NCBI GenBank assembly: GCA_903875465.1
Contig: CAIQWB010000102.1
Location: 12,167-76,166, forward strand
Direction: 5' to 3'
DNA length: 64,000 nucleotides
Source of the DNA: an uncultured Verrucomicrobia subdivision 3 bacterium
GTDB taxonomy: Bacteria; Verrucomicrobiota; Verrucomicrobiia; Limisphaerales; UBA11358
Shown: piece after piece, positions 20,099-30,100 of the stretch
Numbering within the stretch: the first letter of the stretch is position 1
How the letters are laid out: each line of letters starts with the position of its first letter
The notes under the pieces: generated by a model
The model's input: only the letters and a program-made list of their open reading frames with translations
Told to the model about the DNA's origin: nothing
Databases searched by the model: none
Position numbers and translations under genes: made by a program

Positions 20099-23000
20099 AT
20101 GCAGCCACATTATTTAAAAAATTGGCGGGCAACCAAAATGGCCGTTGCGGGTGCGGGCTGGCTATGGTGCCTGATACTGGCGGGGGGGTGGCCGGTTTCC
20201 GCCCTCGGAACGGCTTATTATGTGGCCCAGAACAGTGCGAATCCCGCGCCGCCGTACACGGATTGGAGCACGGCGGCCACGAATATTCAGGATGCCATCA
20301 ATGTGGCCACCAATGGCGACCAGATTTGGGTGACGAACGGGGTTTATGGCTATGGGGGGCTGGCCATGGCGGGGACGCTGAGCAACCGGGTGGCCCTGAA
20401 CAAGCCGCTGACGGTGCAGAGCGTCAATGGACCCTGGGTGACGATTATTCAAGGGCCGGGGACAACCAACGGTCCCACGGCCATGCGGTGCGCCTGGCTG
20501 ACCAACGGGGCGGCGCTGAAGGGATTTACATTGCAGGGGGGTGCAACGGCTTTGAGCGGTTCACCCAATACCCAGGGTGGCGGGGTCTGGTGTGCCTCCG
20601 CCAGTGCGATCGTGGCGAATTGCGTCATTGTTTCGAATACTTGCCTCAACACAGGGGGCGGGGCGTATCAAGGGACCTTGCAGAATTGCTGGATCTCCGG
20701 CAATAGCTCGGTGCAAGGCGCGGGTGGGGCGGCTTCGACCGTATTGAATAATTGCACGGTGGTTTATAACGGAGGGGTAGGCGTGACCACGGCTATTTGC
20801 ACCAATTGCATCATCTATTACAGCGGCAGTTCCGACCACCAGGTGGGGGGTGCTTTTGCTTATTGTTGCACCACCGTTTCACCGGGCGGGGTGGGTAATA
20901 TCACGACCGCGCCTCAGTTGTTTGCGGATGGGGTGCATCTGCAGACGGGTTCGCCCTGCATCGGCACGGGCACCAATGTAGCGACCGGCACGGATATTTT
21001 TGGCCATGCCTGGAACAATCCCCCGTCCATGGGTTGCACCGAATGGACCCCGGCACCGGTGGCAGCCCAACCCGTTTTGCAATTTTTAAGTTATGGCTTG
21101 GGGGCCAACCTGCATGCGGCGGCAATTGGCCAGGGGGCCTTGAGCTTTTTCTGGAGCTTTAATGGCGTGCCCATCGCGGACAACGGTCATTACACCAATT
21201 CCGCAACTGCAACGCTGCGCATCAATAATTTTGGGCCGGACGACGCCGGGGTTTACCAAGTGGTGGTGAGCAATGCGGTTGGGCTGGCCACCAGCCAGAC
21301 GACCCAGTTGGTGGTGCATGTGGTCAATGCGGCGGGCGGCAATCCGGTGGCACCGTACAGCACCTGGGCGACGGCCGCCACCAACATTCAGGATGCCATC
21401 AACGCGGCGGGCAATGGGGATCAAATTCTCGTCACCAACGGGATTTATGCGGCCGGGGGGCTGGCGATGGCGGGAACCTTGACCAATCGGGTGGCTTTGT
21501 ACGTGCCGGTCATGGTGGAGAGTGTCAATGGGCCGGGGGTGACGATCATTCAAGGGGCGGGGGCGACCAACGGGCCCAGTGCGGTGCGGTGTGCCTGGCT
21601 GACGAATGGGGCGGCGCTGATGGGGTTCACGTTGCAAGGCGGGGCGACGCAAACCACCGGCACCACCAGCGACCTGCAAAGTGGCGGCGGGGTTTGGTGT
21701 GCCTCGACCAAAGCCTGGGTGGCCAATTGCATTATCATTTCCAATACGGCCGCCTACTATGGGGGCGGGTTTTACCAAGGGTGGTTGCTAAACAGCCTGG
21801 TAACTCATAATACGGACACGCTCAACCAAGGCGGGGGGGCGGCTTATGCGAATTTGAACAATTGCACGGTCATCAGCAACACGGCTTACGGCATTTACCA
21901 AGTGAATGCCACCAATAGCATTGTTTATTTCAACACCCCCTCGGATCACTCGGGCGGAACCACGGCTTATGATTGCACGACCTTGCCGACGGGGGGTAAT
22001 AACAATCTAAGCGCCGCGCCACAGTTGTTCATGGATGCCACTCACCTGGCGGCCGGTTCGCCATGCATCGCCGCGGGCCTCAACCCGGGGTCGGGGACGG
22101 ATCTTTTTGGTCAGCCGTGGTCAAATCCGCCCGCCATCGGTTGTGCCGAGTGGCAACCCGCGCCAACGGTTGCCCAGCCCCAAATTAAACTTAATGGCAA
22201 TCTGGCGGGTTTTAACGTGGTACTGGCGAGCTTGAATGGTCAACCGCCCTTTTCCCTGACCTGGCTGGATAACGGCGTGCCCGTGCAGAACAATGGGCAT
22301 TTTAGCCTGGCCCAGACCACCAATTTGACGGTCACCGGGGTGACGCTGGCCGACGCTGGAGCTTATCAGGTGGTGGTTAGCAATGCGTTTGGGGTGGTGA
22401 CGAGTGCCGTGGCGCCTTTGGTGATTCATGCCGTGGATGCCGCGGGGACGTCGCCGAGCGCGCCGTATGCCACCTGGGACACGGCGGCGACCAGCATTCA
22501 GGACGCGATCAATGTGGCGGGGGCGGGGGACATTGTGCTGGTGACGAATGGGGTCTATGCGACGGGCGGTCTGGCGGTGGCGGGCAATTTGACGAACCGG
22601 GTGGCCCTGACACTGCCGGTGACGGTGGTCAGTGTGAATGGTTATGCCGCGACCATCATTCAAGGCGCCTGGGATCCGGTGACGACCAACGGCCCGGCAG
22701 CGGTGCGTTGCGCGTATGTGGCGGATGGGGCGCGGTTGACGGGTTTTACCTTGTGCAACGGGGCCACGCGAGCCACGGGCGACAGTGGCGCGGGGGGACC
22801 GCTGGAGAGCGGGGGCGGGGTGTTGTGTCATTCGACCAACGGCGTGGTGGCCAATTGTTACCTGACCAATAATTTCGCGGTCTACGGCGGCGGCGTGGCG
22901 AATGGCACCCTGAACAATTCCCTGGTGCTTTTAAATCAGGCGACGAGTTTGGGCGGGGGGGCGTATTATGCCACCTTGAACAACTGCACGGTGGTCAATA

Positions 23001-23851
23001 ATGTCGTGAAGACGCCCACGGCGGTGACCAGTGGCCATGGGGCAGGAACTTATTATGGCGTGGTGAATAACAGCATTGTGATGGGCAATGTTGACAAAAA
23101 CCTGGTTTTGGTCGGCAACCAATTGGTGGGAAACAACTTCGATCCGGCCTCGCCGGCTTATGCCAATTCTTGCACTTCACCGCTGCCCGCCTATAACGGA
23201 AATATCAATGTGACGCCGCTGTTTCTCGATGCCTTGCACCTGGCCACCAATTCACCCTGCCGGGCGGTGGGGAACGCCGGGTATGCCAGTGGCACCGATT
23301 TGGACGGCCAGCCTTGGGCTAATCCGCCGACCATGGGTTGCTCGGAGGTGGTGGTGTCCAACCTGGTCGGGCCTTTGACGGTGAGCATGTATGCCTATCA
23401 AACCAATGTGCTGGTCAACCGGGCGGCCTCCTATGGATTGACTTACACGGGGCACGCCACCACCACCAAATTTTCGTATGGGGATGGCCAGACCCTGGCC
23501 AATGTCGCGCTATCAGCAGGGCATGTCTATTCCACGGCCGGCACTTACACGGTCACTTACACAGTATACAATAATGATAATCCGGCGGGAGTCAGCATCA
23601 GCACGCAACTGACGGTGCTGCCGCTGCCGCCAGCGCAATTGGCGGGGGCGGTGGTGCTGACCAATGGGTTTCAATTTCAGTTTCCCGGGGTGGCGGGGTT
23701 GAATTATACGATTCAGTACTCGACGAACCTGGTCCCGCCGGTCACGTGGAAGACCTTGACGACGGTTCCTTTTAGCAGCAGTGGTTTGCAGATTATCACG
23801 GATCCGGCGGCGGCGACGGGGACGCGTTTTTACCGGGTGCTGGAGCAGTGA
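20099..23851 (+). CDS. Large secreted protein: three tandem modules of about 370 aa (right-handed beta-helix plus Ig-like domain) and a C-terminal domain ending FYRVLEQ
   Basis: Signal-like MAVAGAGWLWCLILAGGWPVSALG (alternative start at 20138). The anchor PYTDWSTAATNIQDAINVA...NRVAL...VTIIQG...VRCAWLTNGAAL.GFTLQGG recurs three times. Confidence 0.85.
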   Translation: MQPHYLKNWRATKMAVAGAGWLWCLILAGGWPVSALGTAYYVAQNSANPAPPYTDWSTAATNIQDAINVATNGDQIWVTNGVYGYGGLAMAGTLSNRVALNKPLTVQSVNGPWVTIIQGPGTTNGPTAMRCAWLTNGAALKGFTLQGGATALSGSPNTQGGGVWCASASAIVANCVIVSNTCLNTGGGAYQGTLQNCWISGNSSVQGAGGAASTVLNNCTVVYNGGVGVTTAICTNCIIYYSGSSDHQVGGAFAYCCTTVSPGGVGNITTAPQLFADGVHLQTGSPCIGTGTNVATGTDIFGHAWNNPPSMGCTEWTPAPVAAQPVLQFLSYGLGANLHAAAIGQGALSFFWSFNGVPIADNGHYTNSATATLRINNFGPDDAGVYQVVVSNAVGLATSQTTQLVVHVVNAAGGNPVAPYSTWATAATNIQDAINAAGNGDQILVTNGIYAAGGLAMAGTLTNRVALYVPVMVESVNGPGVTIIQGAGATNGPSAVRCAWLTNGAALMGFTLQGGATQTTGTTSDLQSGGGVWCASTKAWVANCIIISNTAAYYGGGFYQGWLLNSLVTHNTDTLNQGGGAAYANLNNCTVISNTAYGIYQVNATNSIVYFNTPSDHSGGTTAYDCTTLPTGGNNNLSAAPQLFMDATHLAAGSPCIAAGLNPGSGTDLFGQPWSNPPAIGCAEWQPAPTVAQPQIKLNGNLAGFNVVLASLNGQPPFSLTWLDNGVPVQNNGHFSLAQTTNLTVTGVTLADAGAYQVVVSNAFGVVTSAVAPLVIHAVDAAGTSPSAPYATWDTAATSIQDAINVAGAGDIVLVTNGVYATGGLAVAGNLTNRVALTLPVTVVSVNGYAATIIQGAWDPVTTNGPAAVRCAYVADGARLTGFTLCNGATRATGDSGAGGPLESGGGVLCHSTNGVVANCYLTNNFAVYGGGVANGTLNNSLVLLNQATSLGGGAYYATLNNCTVVNNVVKTPTAVTSGHGAGTYYGVVNNSIVMGNVDKNLVLVGNQLVGNNFDPASPAYANSCTSPLPAYNGNINVTPLFLDALHLATNSPCRAVGNAGYASGTDLDGQPWANPPTMGCSEVVVSNLVGPLTVSMYAYQTNVLVNRAASYGLTYTGHATTTKFSYGDGQTLANVALSAGHVYSTAGTYTVTYTVYNNDNPAGVSISTQLTVLPLPPAQLAGAVVLTNGFQFQFPGVAGLNYTIQYSTNLVPPVTWKTLTTVPFSSSGLQIITDPAAATGTRFYRVLEQ
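20210..23350 (+). repeat. Three intragenic tandem modules with a period of about 1100-1110 bp
   Basis: Anchors gccgtacacg... at 20251, caccgtacag... at 21351 and cgccgtatgc... at 22461, each followed by a conserved ...attcaggatgcc... stretch. Boundaries are approximate. Confidence 0.75.
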
Positions 23852-24114
23852 GGGGAACCTCAATACACCCATCACCAAGCACCAACATCCAGAGAAACTT
23901 CAAAAGCCAATAATCAAACTTCAGGGGGCCGGGGTGTTAGTGGAGGGTTGATGGTTGGTCCACCATTGGTCCCATTGGCCGGGCTGGTCCGCGGGGAAAT
24001 TCTGGCCGGTGAGGGCTTGGAGGGTTTGGGCAGCCCCGAGAGACGGAAGCACCTGGCGGGAGAGCCCGGTTTTCATATGTCCACTTATAGGAGCGCGGCG
24101 GGGAAAGGCCAGCT

Positions 24115-27100
24115 TTAATTGACCAGTTGCAGGCGGTAGTAGCGCTGGGGGGAACCGCCAAAGTTGTTGGTCAGGGTCAGGGCTCCGCCGGTGCCGGTAA
24201 CGGGATTGCCCAGCGGCGTCCAGGCGGGGGCGGTCAAATCATCCTTGTATTGGAGCTGGTAGATTTGTCCGGCCACACCGGGCCAGTTCAGGAAGAGGTT
24301 GGTGCCGCTGGTTTGGATCGTGAGGGGCACGGCTTGCGGCACGCTGGCCGAGAAACTGAAGTTATCCAAGCCCAACCCCTGGGCTTTGCCCGACGAATCC
24401 GGCATCTGCCACACCAGCCACAATGCCGCTCCCGGCGGCCAGTTGGTGATGGCTTGGTTTAGCACCGTGAGGTTGGTCTGGTTCAGTGTCGCGGTGCCAT
24501 CCACGGGCACACCGCCAACGGCGGTTCCCACCGTGGGGAGGTTCACGTTCAAAGCTGGCACAAATGCCGTCGCTCCCAGAGGGAAGGTGGCGGTCGCGGT
24601 GGGATCGACGAAATAATAGCATTGCAAGGTTTTGGGCACATTGGATTGCCGCCACACTTCGCCAGTGAATTGCACATTGATCCGGTTCAAACTCAGGCCG
24701 GTCCCATTGATGAACCGCACCCCAAAGGATGTCCCCCCCGTAGTGCTCGTGGCCAGCAAACCCAGCGCCCGGTTGTCGCTGCCGGGCAGGCCGAAACTGA
24801 TCTGACCGCCCGTGGTCTGGTCGCCATCCGTGGCCCCAAACCGGGACAGCAAAGCACTCCGGCCATACCAACCGGCGAGGCTGGCAAGGCCCAGGCCGCC
24901 ATTGCCGCCGCTGGCCAGGGCCGGATAGGCAAAGTCGTACGGATCAGCCAGGGAATACGTCACGCTGCCAATGGTCACCGGGTTCGCGGTATTCACTGAC
25001 GTCGCACCGGGATTCGGCAGTGAATCAAAGGTTTGGGTGTAAACCAAACCCGGCTGCGCGTAATAAACATAAGAGGGAGGCGGGGTGCTGCTGGCATTGT
25101 TGGAGGCTCCAGGCGTGGCGGCGAACAATTCCTCGCGCACAAAGCTTTGCCCGTCCGGCACGGAACCGTAGGCGTCATTGGGACCGATATTGTGGTAATT
25201 CACATAATCCAGCACTTCAATCCGTCCGTTGGTAGCGAGCCGGGTCAAGGCCAGGGAACCAGTGGCGCCTGGCAAGGCAAAGCTCGTGTGCAGTTCATTC
25301 GTCGTGGACAGGTTGGTGAGTCCATCCGCGAAGATGACTTTGAACTGACCGGCACCGATCACGGCGTTGCCGGGGAAAGCCCATTGCAAAAGGTTGGTGT
25401 AATTATTGGCCAGATACAGGCTGTTCAGCGAAAGGGTATTGGTGCCGGGATTGAACAATTCGAGCCAGGCGGTGTGCTGGCCGGCGTGGTTGGTGACGCC
25501 GGTCAGGTTATTAGGTTGAATTTCATTGATCCAGAGCGATGGGAACAGGGTGAGGGAGGTCGCCACGCTGTTCGACACATCAGGGGTCGCCGCCGCCAAG
25601 CTAGATGTTAGCGGCGCGGGGTTGACCGTGGCCACCGTCCCGGAGCCAGACAGGCGCAGCGTTAAGGGACCGCCATTCGTGCTCGGCAAGTACCAATAGC
25701 TGAGGGTGTAGGTGCCATTGGGTGTGGCTGCGGGGCTCATGATTTGCCAGATGGCACTGCTCTGCGTGGTGCCGGGACTGCTGGCAATCACGTGCAAACT
25801 CGCTTTACCTCCGTGCCTGACCGCCGTGCTCAACACGGAACCGGAAAGATTGGGTGAAACCGTCCAGGGACCGGGAAACCCGGATTCAAAATCCCCGTCG
25901 GACAAGAGGTTCGCGCCCACTCCCGCCACACTGCCGGCAACAAATTGCACGTCATCCACATACACGTCCCCGGCGGACTGCAAATAAATGTAAAACAAAG
26001 AGGACGACGCCGTGCCTGTCACCGTCACATAGGTCCACTGGGGCAGGCTGTTCGCACCGGGGAGCACGGTAGTCCAGTTACCCGCGCGCCAATTGTCCTG
26101 GAGCGGGTCGATGAGTTGCAATGAGGCTCCGGCTGCGGTGGCGGTGGCCGGCCAGGGAGCTGCGCTGTCGTATTGCACGGCGCTCACCATGAGATTACTG
26201 GTGCTGCTGCCACCAGGGCGCACCAGGGAAAGCAATTGCGGCGGTTGCAAGGTGCCGCTGAAGAGATCGAACACTGGATTGGTGGCCCCGTAAGCCGCGG
26301 CAAAGGCGGGGCCATTGGCTGCAAGAACCAGGAAATTTGTCGGGGCCAGGAGTGAGCCATTGGGGAAGGTGTAGTTTAACCCGCCAATTTGCCAGCCGGA
26401 CAGGTCGAATGTCGTGTTGGTTGAGTTGTTGTATAGTTCGACATATTGGGCGTTGCCGACCGATGGGGCGTACATGATTTCGTTGATCACCACCTGTCCC
26501 GCAGGCGAGGCATTGGTGCCGCTGTATACGACATTTACATTGCCAATATCACCCGCGATGGGCTGATTGTTTTTATCGATCCCAGCCACATTGATCTGGT
26601 TGGTGCCCACTTTGAGCGGCACCGTGGCCTGCCAGGCAGTCAGGGAGGTCCAGGTGAGGGGGTAGGCCGCGCCATTGATCCAAACAGCAGACACGTTTAC
26701 GGGAGCCACGCCGGTCACATATGCCACATTATTGCCAAGGATAACACCGGGATTCACCGAGAAACGGGAGGCATTGACAGCCGCCAGTTGGGCCGCAATG
26801 CTGGTTTGAGCCTGGGACAGCCAGGGCAGGATATTGGCCGCAGGATCCTCCACGCTCAGACCATTGGCCGTGAACGCATTAAATTTGGCCGTCACCAGGG
26901 GCCGGCTCGCGGCGGGGTTCAGTGGTCCATTGACCAGTTCCTGCAAGGCGCGCCAGTACATGCGTAAGAAGGTGGGATTGCTGTAGATGGCCGACATGTT
27001 GGGATCCTGGTAATTCAGCGCGAATAAGTTTTGTCCCGGCCCCCAAGAGCCGCTGTTCCCCAGGACAATGTTAAAATCCCACATGATCAGGGAATACTTG

Positions 27101-30100
27101 GTGCCCAAGGCACCGATGTAACCATAGAGGTTCTGCGCGTTTTGGGCCCCGAAGGAGTCCCAATTGCCCGCCGCATGATTGGCGGCGAATACGCGCATCC
27201 AGTTTTCCATGTCGGCGATATTTTCCAAGTTGGCCACATAGCCGGGGGAGGTGGAGGAGTTGGCGGCATCAATCAGCGAAAAGACATTGGTAAAGTCGCT
27301 GGCGGAGCCGGGGGTGCGGCGGATTTCAAAATTGTAGCGATAGCGGGCGGGCTTTTTTAATCCCCCCGTCGTCGTATAAGGCAGGAGATTGCACCAGGCA
27401 TTGTTGTTAAAGGCCATGGTGGCCCCCGCGGGGAAAGGGGCCATTTCAAACCATGGCTGCATTTTATACAAGTAGCCACCGGTGTCATTCGGCCAGTGTT
27501 CTTTGACGACGTCACTGCCGGGAACCTGGGTGTCTTCCATCAAAATGCCGCGCCGGCTGCCATTTACATATACCGCCACGTAGCGCTTGTTGAGCCACGG
27601 CACCCCCAGGGCCCGCAGGAAGGTGGTGGCCAATTGCTCGCGCTGGATGCTGGTGTCGTCCCCGGGACCATTGCCAGGCTGGTGGATTTTATTAAAATCG
27701 GTTGCGCCCAGGAACTTGTCATCATCATTAAATATCCACTTGTAATGGCACAGATTGCCCACGGGGGAGTCAAACTCCTGATGGTAAGGGCTGCCGGCAA
27801 ACCGTCCCTGCATGTTGTAAATCACGCGGTTGCCGTTCACAAAGGTACCGTCATGGGCTTCGTTGCTCAAGTCGGACAGGCTGGCCCAGCGCGTGATATT
27901 GGTTTGGGTGAGCCACAAATGATACGCCCCAAAGCTGCCGCCGGGATTGATATCCCCGAAGACTATCGCACACTCGCGCACGGGTTCATTATTTAAGGAG
28001 CGCACCGTTGGAAACCGGGTGACCGCTCCACGACTGTCCGTGGCGGCCAGGTAAAAAGCCACGACCTGGCCGGCCGCCTGCCCGGGAATCGTGGCACTAA
28101 AGGTCCCGTCATGGGCGATGGCGTCCCCCCTCGTGGCGTTGTCGTTCATGGCCAATGTCGTATAATTCGCGGCTGGATCCAGCCGGTAATAAAGCCAGAG
28201 ATTTTGAATCCCATCCGGGTCATTCACGGTGGCAGTCACCACCACTGGTTGCCCGGCGGCGGGCAGGGGTGGATTATGCGTCACATTATAAATTGCCGGA
28301 CCGGCGTTGGTGATATAGGTGCTGTTCGCCTGACCCGGGCTCCCCAGATTATTCGGCACAGGCAGGGTTCCCGTGGCTTCCAGCCAGTTGCCATTCAAAC
28401 GCAACAATGGTTCCTGCCAGCCGTGGAGCCAGCGCGCCGCAAAACTCAATGTCACTGTTTGCCCCGCCGTCAGGTTATTGGTTAGCAAGGCGACCTGGCA
28501 GGAATTATTCCCGGTCCAGAGCCGGTCACTGTTGCGGATGTGGAGGGCATAGGTGCTGAGATACCCCGGGCTCTCCAGACTGGAACGCACCATGCAACCT
28601 TGGAGCGACCAGTTGTTCAGGCCTTGTCCGCCGTCAAATGTGGCATTGGCCACGTAATTGGTTCCGTTATAAAGCACCTGGACGTTATCCACCAGGCATT
28701 CGCCCGAATCGAGCAGGCCGATCTGGGCATAATCAATGGCGGGATCATAATTGGCCCCATTATCCAGCATTCCGGTATACGTGAAGTTGGTCCACACTGA
28801 CTTGGCGGTGTCATCGCTATCGGCCCAGTTATTGGCGAGCCGGTGATTCGCATGCGGGTCAATTAATTCCAGACTGCTGCCGCCGCCACTGGCCCACTGG
28901 CCCCATCGCCCGCCGGTTTCATAGGTGACTTGATCCTCCGCCACCAGGATGGTGGTGTTGGTGAACCAGGTTTGGGGCATGCTTAGTTGCACCAGCTCAC
29001 CATTGTGTGACAGCTTGCCACTGTAGTTGCCCACGGTATTGCCACTGTTTAAATTGCTATATTTGGCATATAAATTGGTCGCGTTCCGGGCCACCACGAG
29101 GTAGCGATTCGGTGCCAGGCTCACACTGGGAAACGTAAAGGTTACTCCCGACGTGAATTGCCAGCCCTGCAGGTTGATCGTGTTCGTGCCCTGGTTGTAG
29201 AGTTCGATGTATTGATCGTCATCATTGCCGCTGATCGGATCATACATGAGTTCATTGATGACGATGCCGCCAATTAAAATAGGGCTATTGTTGGTCCCGG
29301 GCGTGTTGGTGGTGAAGGCGTAGAAATCATTCGCGCCGTCCGGCCAGCGGCCGTAGGAAATCCCGTCCGCTTGGGCCCCAAACTGCACGGCATCCAAAAC
29401 CCGGGTGCCGTCGGGCTTGAGGAAATACAGCGTTGCACCCGCGCCGTTGAGCGTGAACCCCAATTGGGCCTGCGTGAAGGCCACAAACCCCGCCGGGCCC
29501 ACCAGGGTGCCGGTGGGCATTACAAATTTGTTGGTCGTCGGATCATCTGTCAAAATGCAACCGGCCAGGTTCACGGGATTGGTGCTGTGATTGTAAAGCT
29601 CGATGAACTGGGGCACGGCCGGGTTTTCCGAGTGCGGCAGGATTTCGTTGATAACCACCGCGCGGAGCGGGCTGGGGGTGTAGGGATCCAGTTGACCCGG
29701 CGAGCCGCCCGTGCTGTCACTGAGGTCCCACGCGCGCGGGTCGCCCTCGCCGTAGGTGGGGTTGCCAAGCACCAAGGAATGGCCAGTGCCCCCGGTAGCC
29801 ACCGGCCAGGGATAAACATCCGTGTAAGGCACGGTAAGCAAAACATTCGTGCGCTCGTCCAGTAACTCCAGCGTTTCGGCGTGTTTGAGACTTCCAATGT
29901 AGGGCCCCATAACATTAGTGATGCCATACACGCTGCTAATGTCAGCCGGTGCGGCCGCCAGCACGAGGTAACTGCCGCCGGGAATCGTGGTTCCCGCAGG
30001 AATCCGGTAATTCATGTCCGCGCACGTGATTTGGTAATTGCCGATGTCCTGAAACCAGGGGTTGGAATTGTAAATTTCCAGAAACTCCAGATTTTTTCCA

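Noticed and set aside
23852-24114. Possible bidirectional terminator between the two convergent giant genes
   Set aside because: I could not find a convincing GC-stem plus T-run hairpin. There is only low-complexity A/C-rich sequence and weak short inverted repeats.
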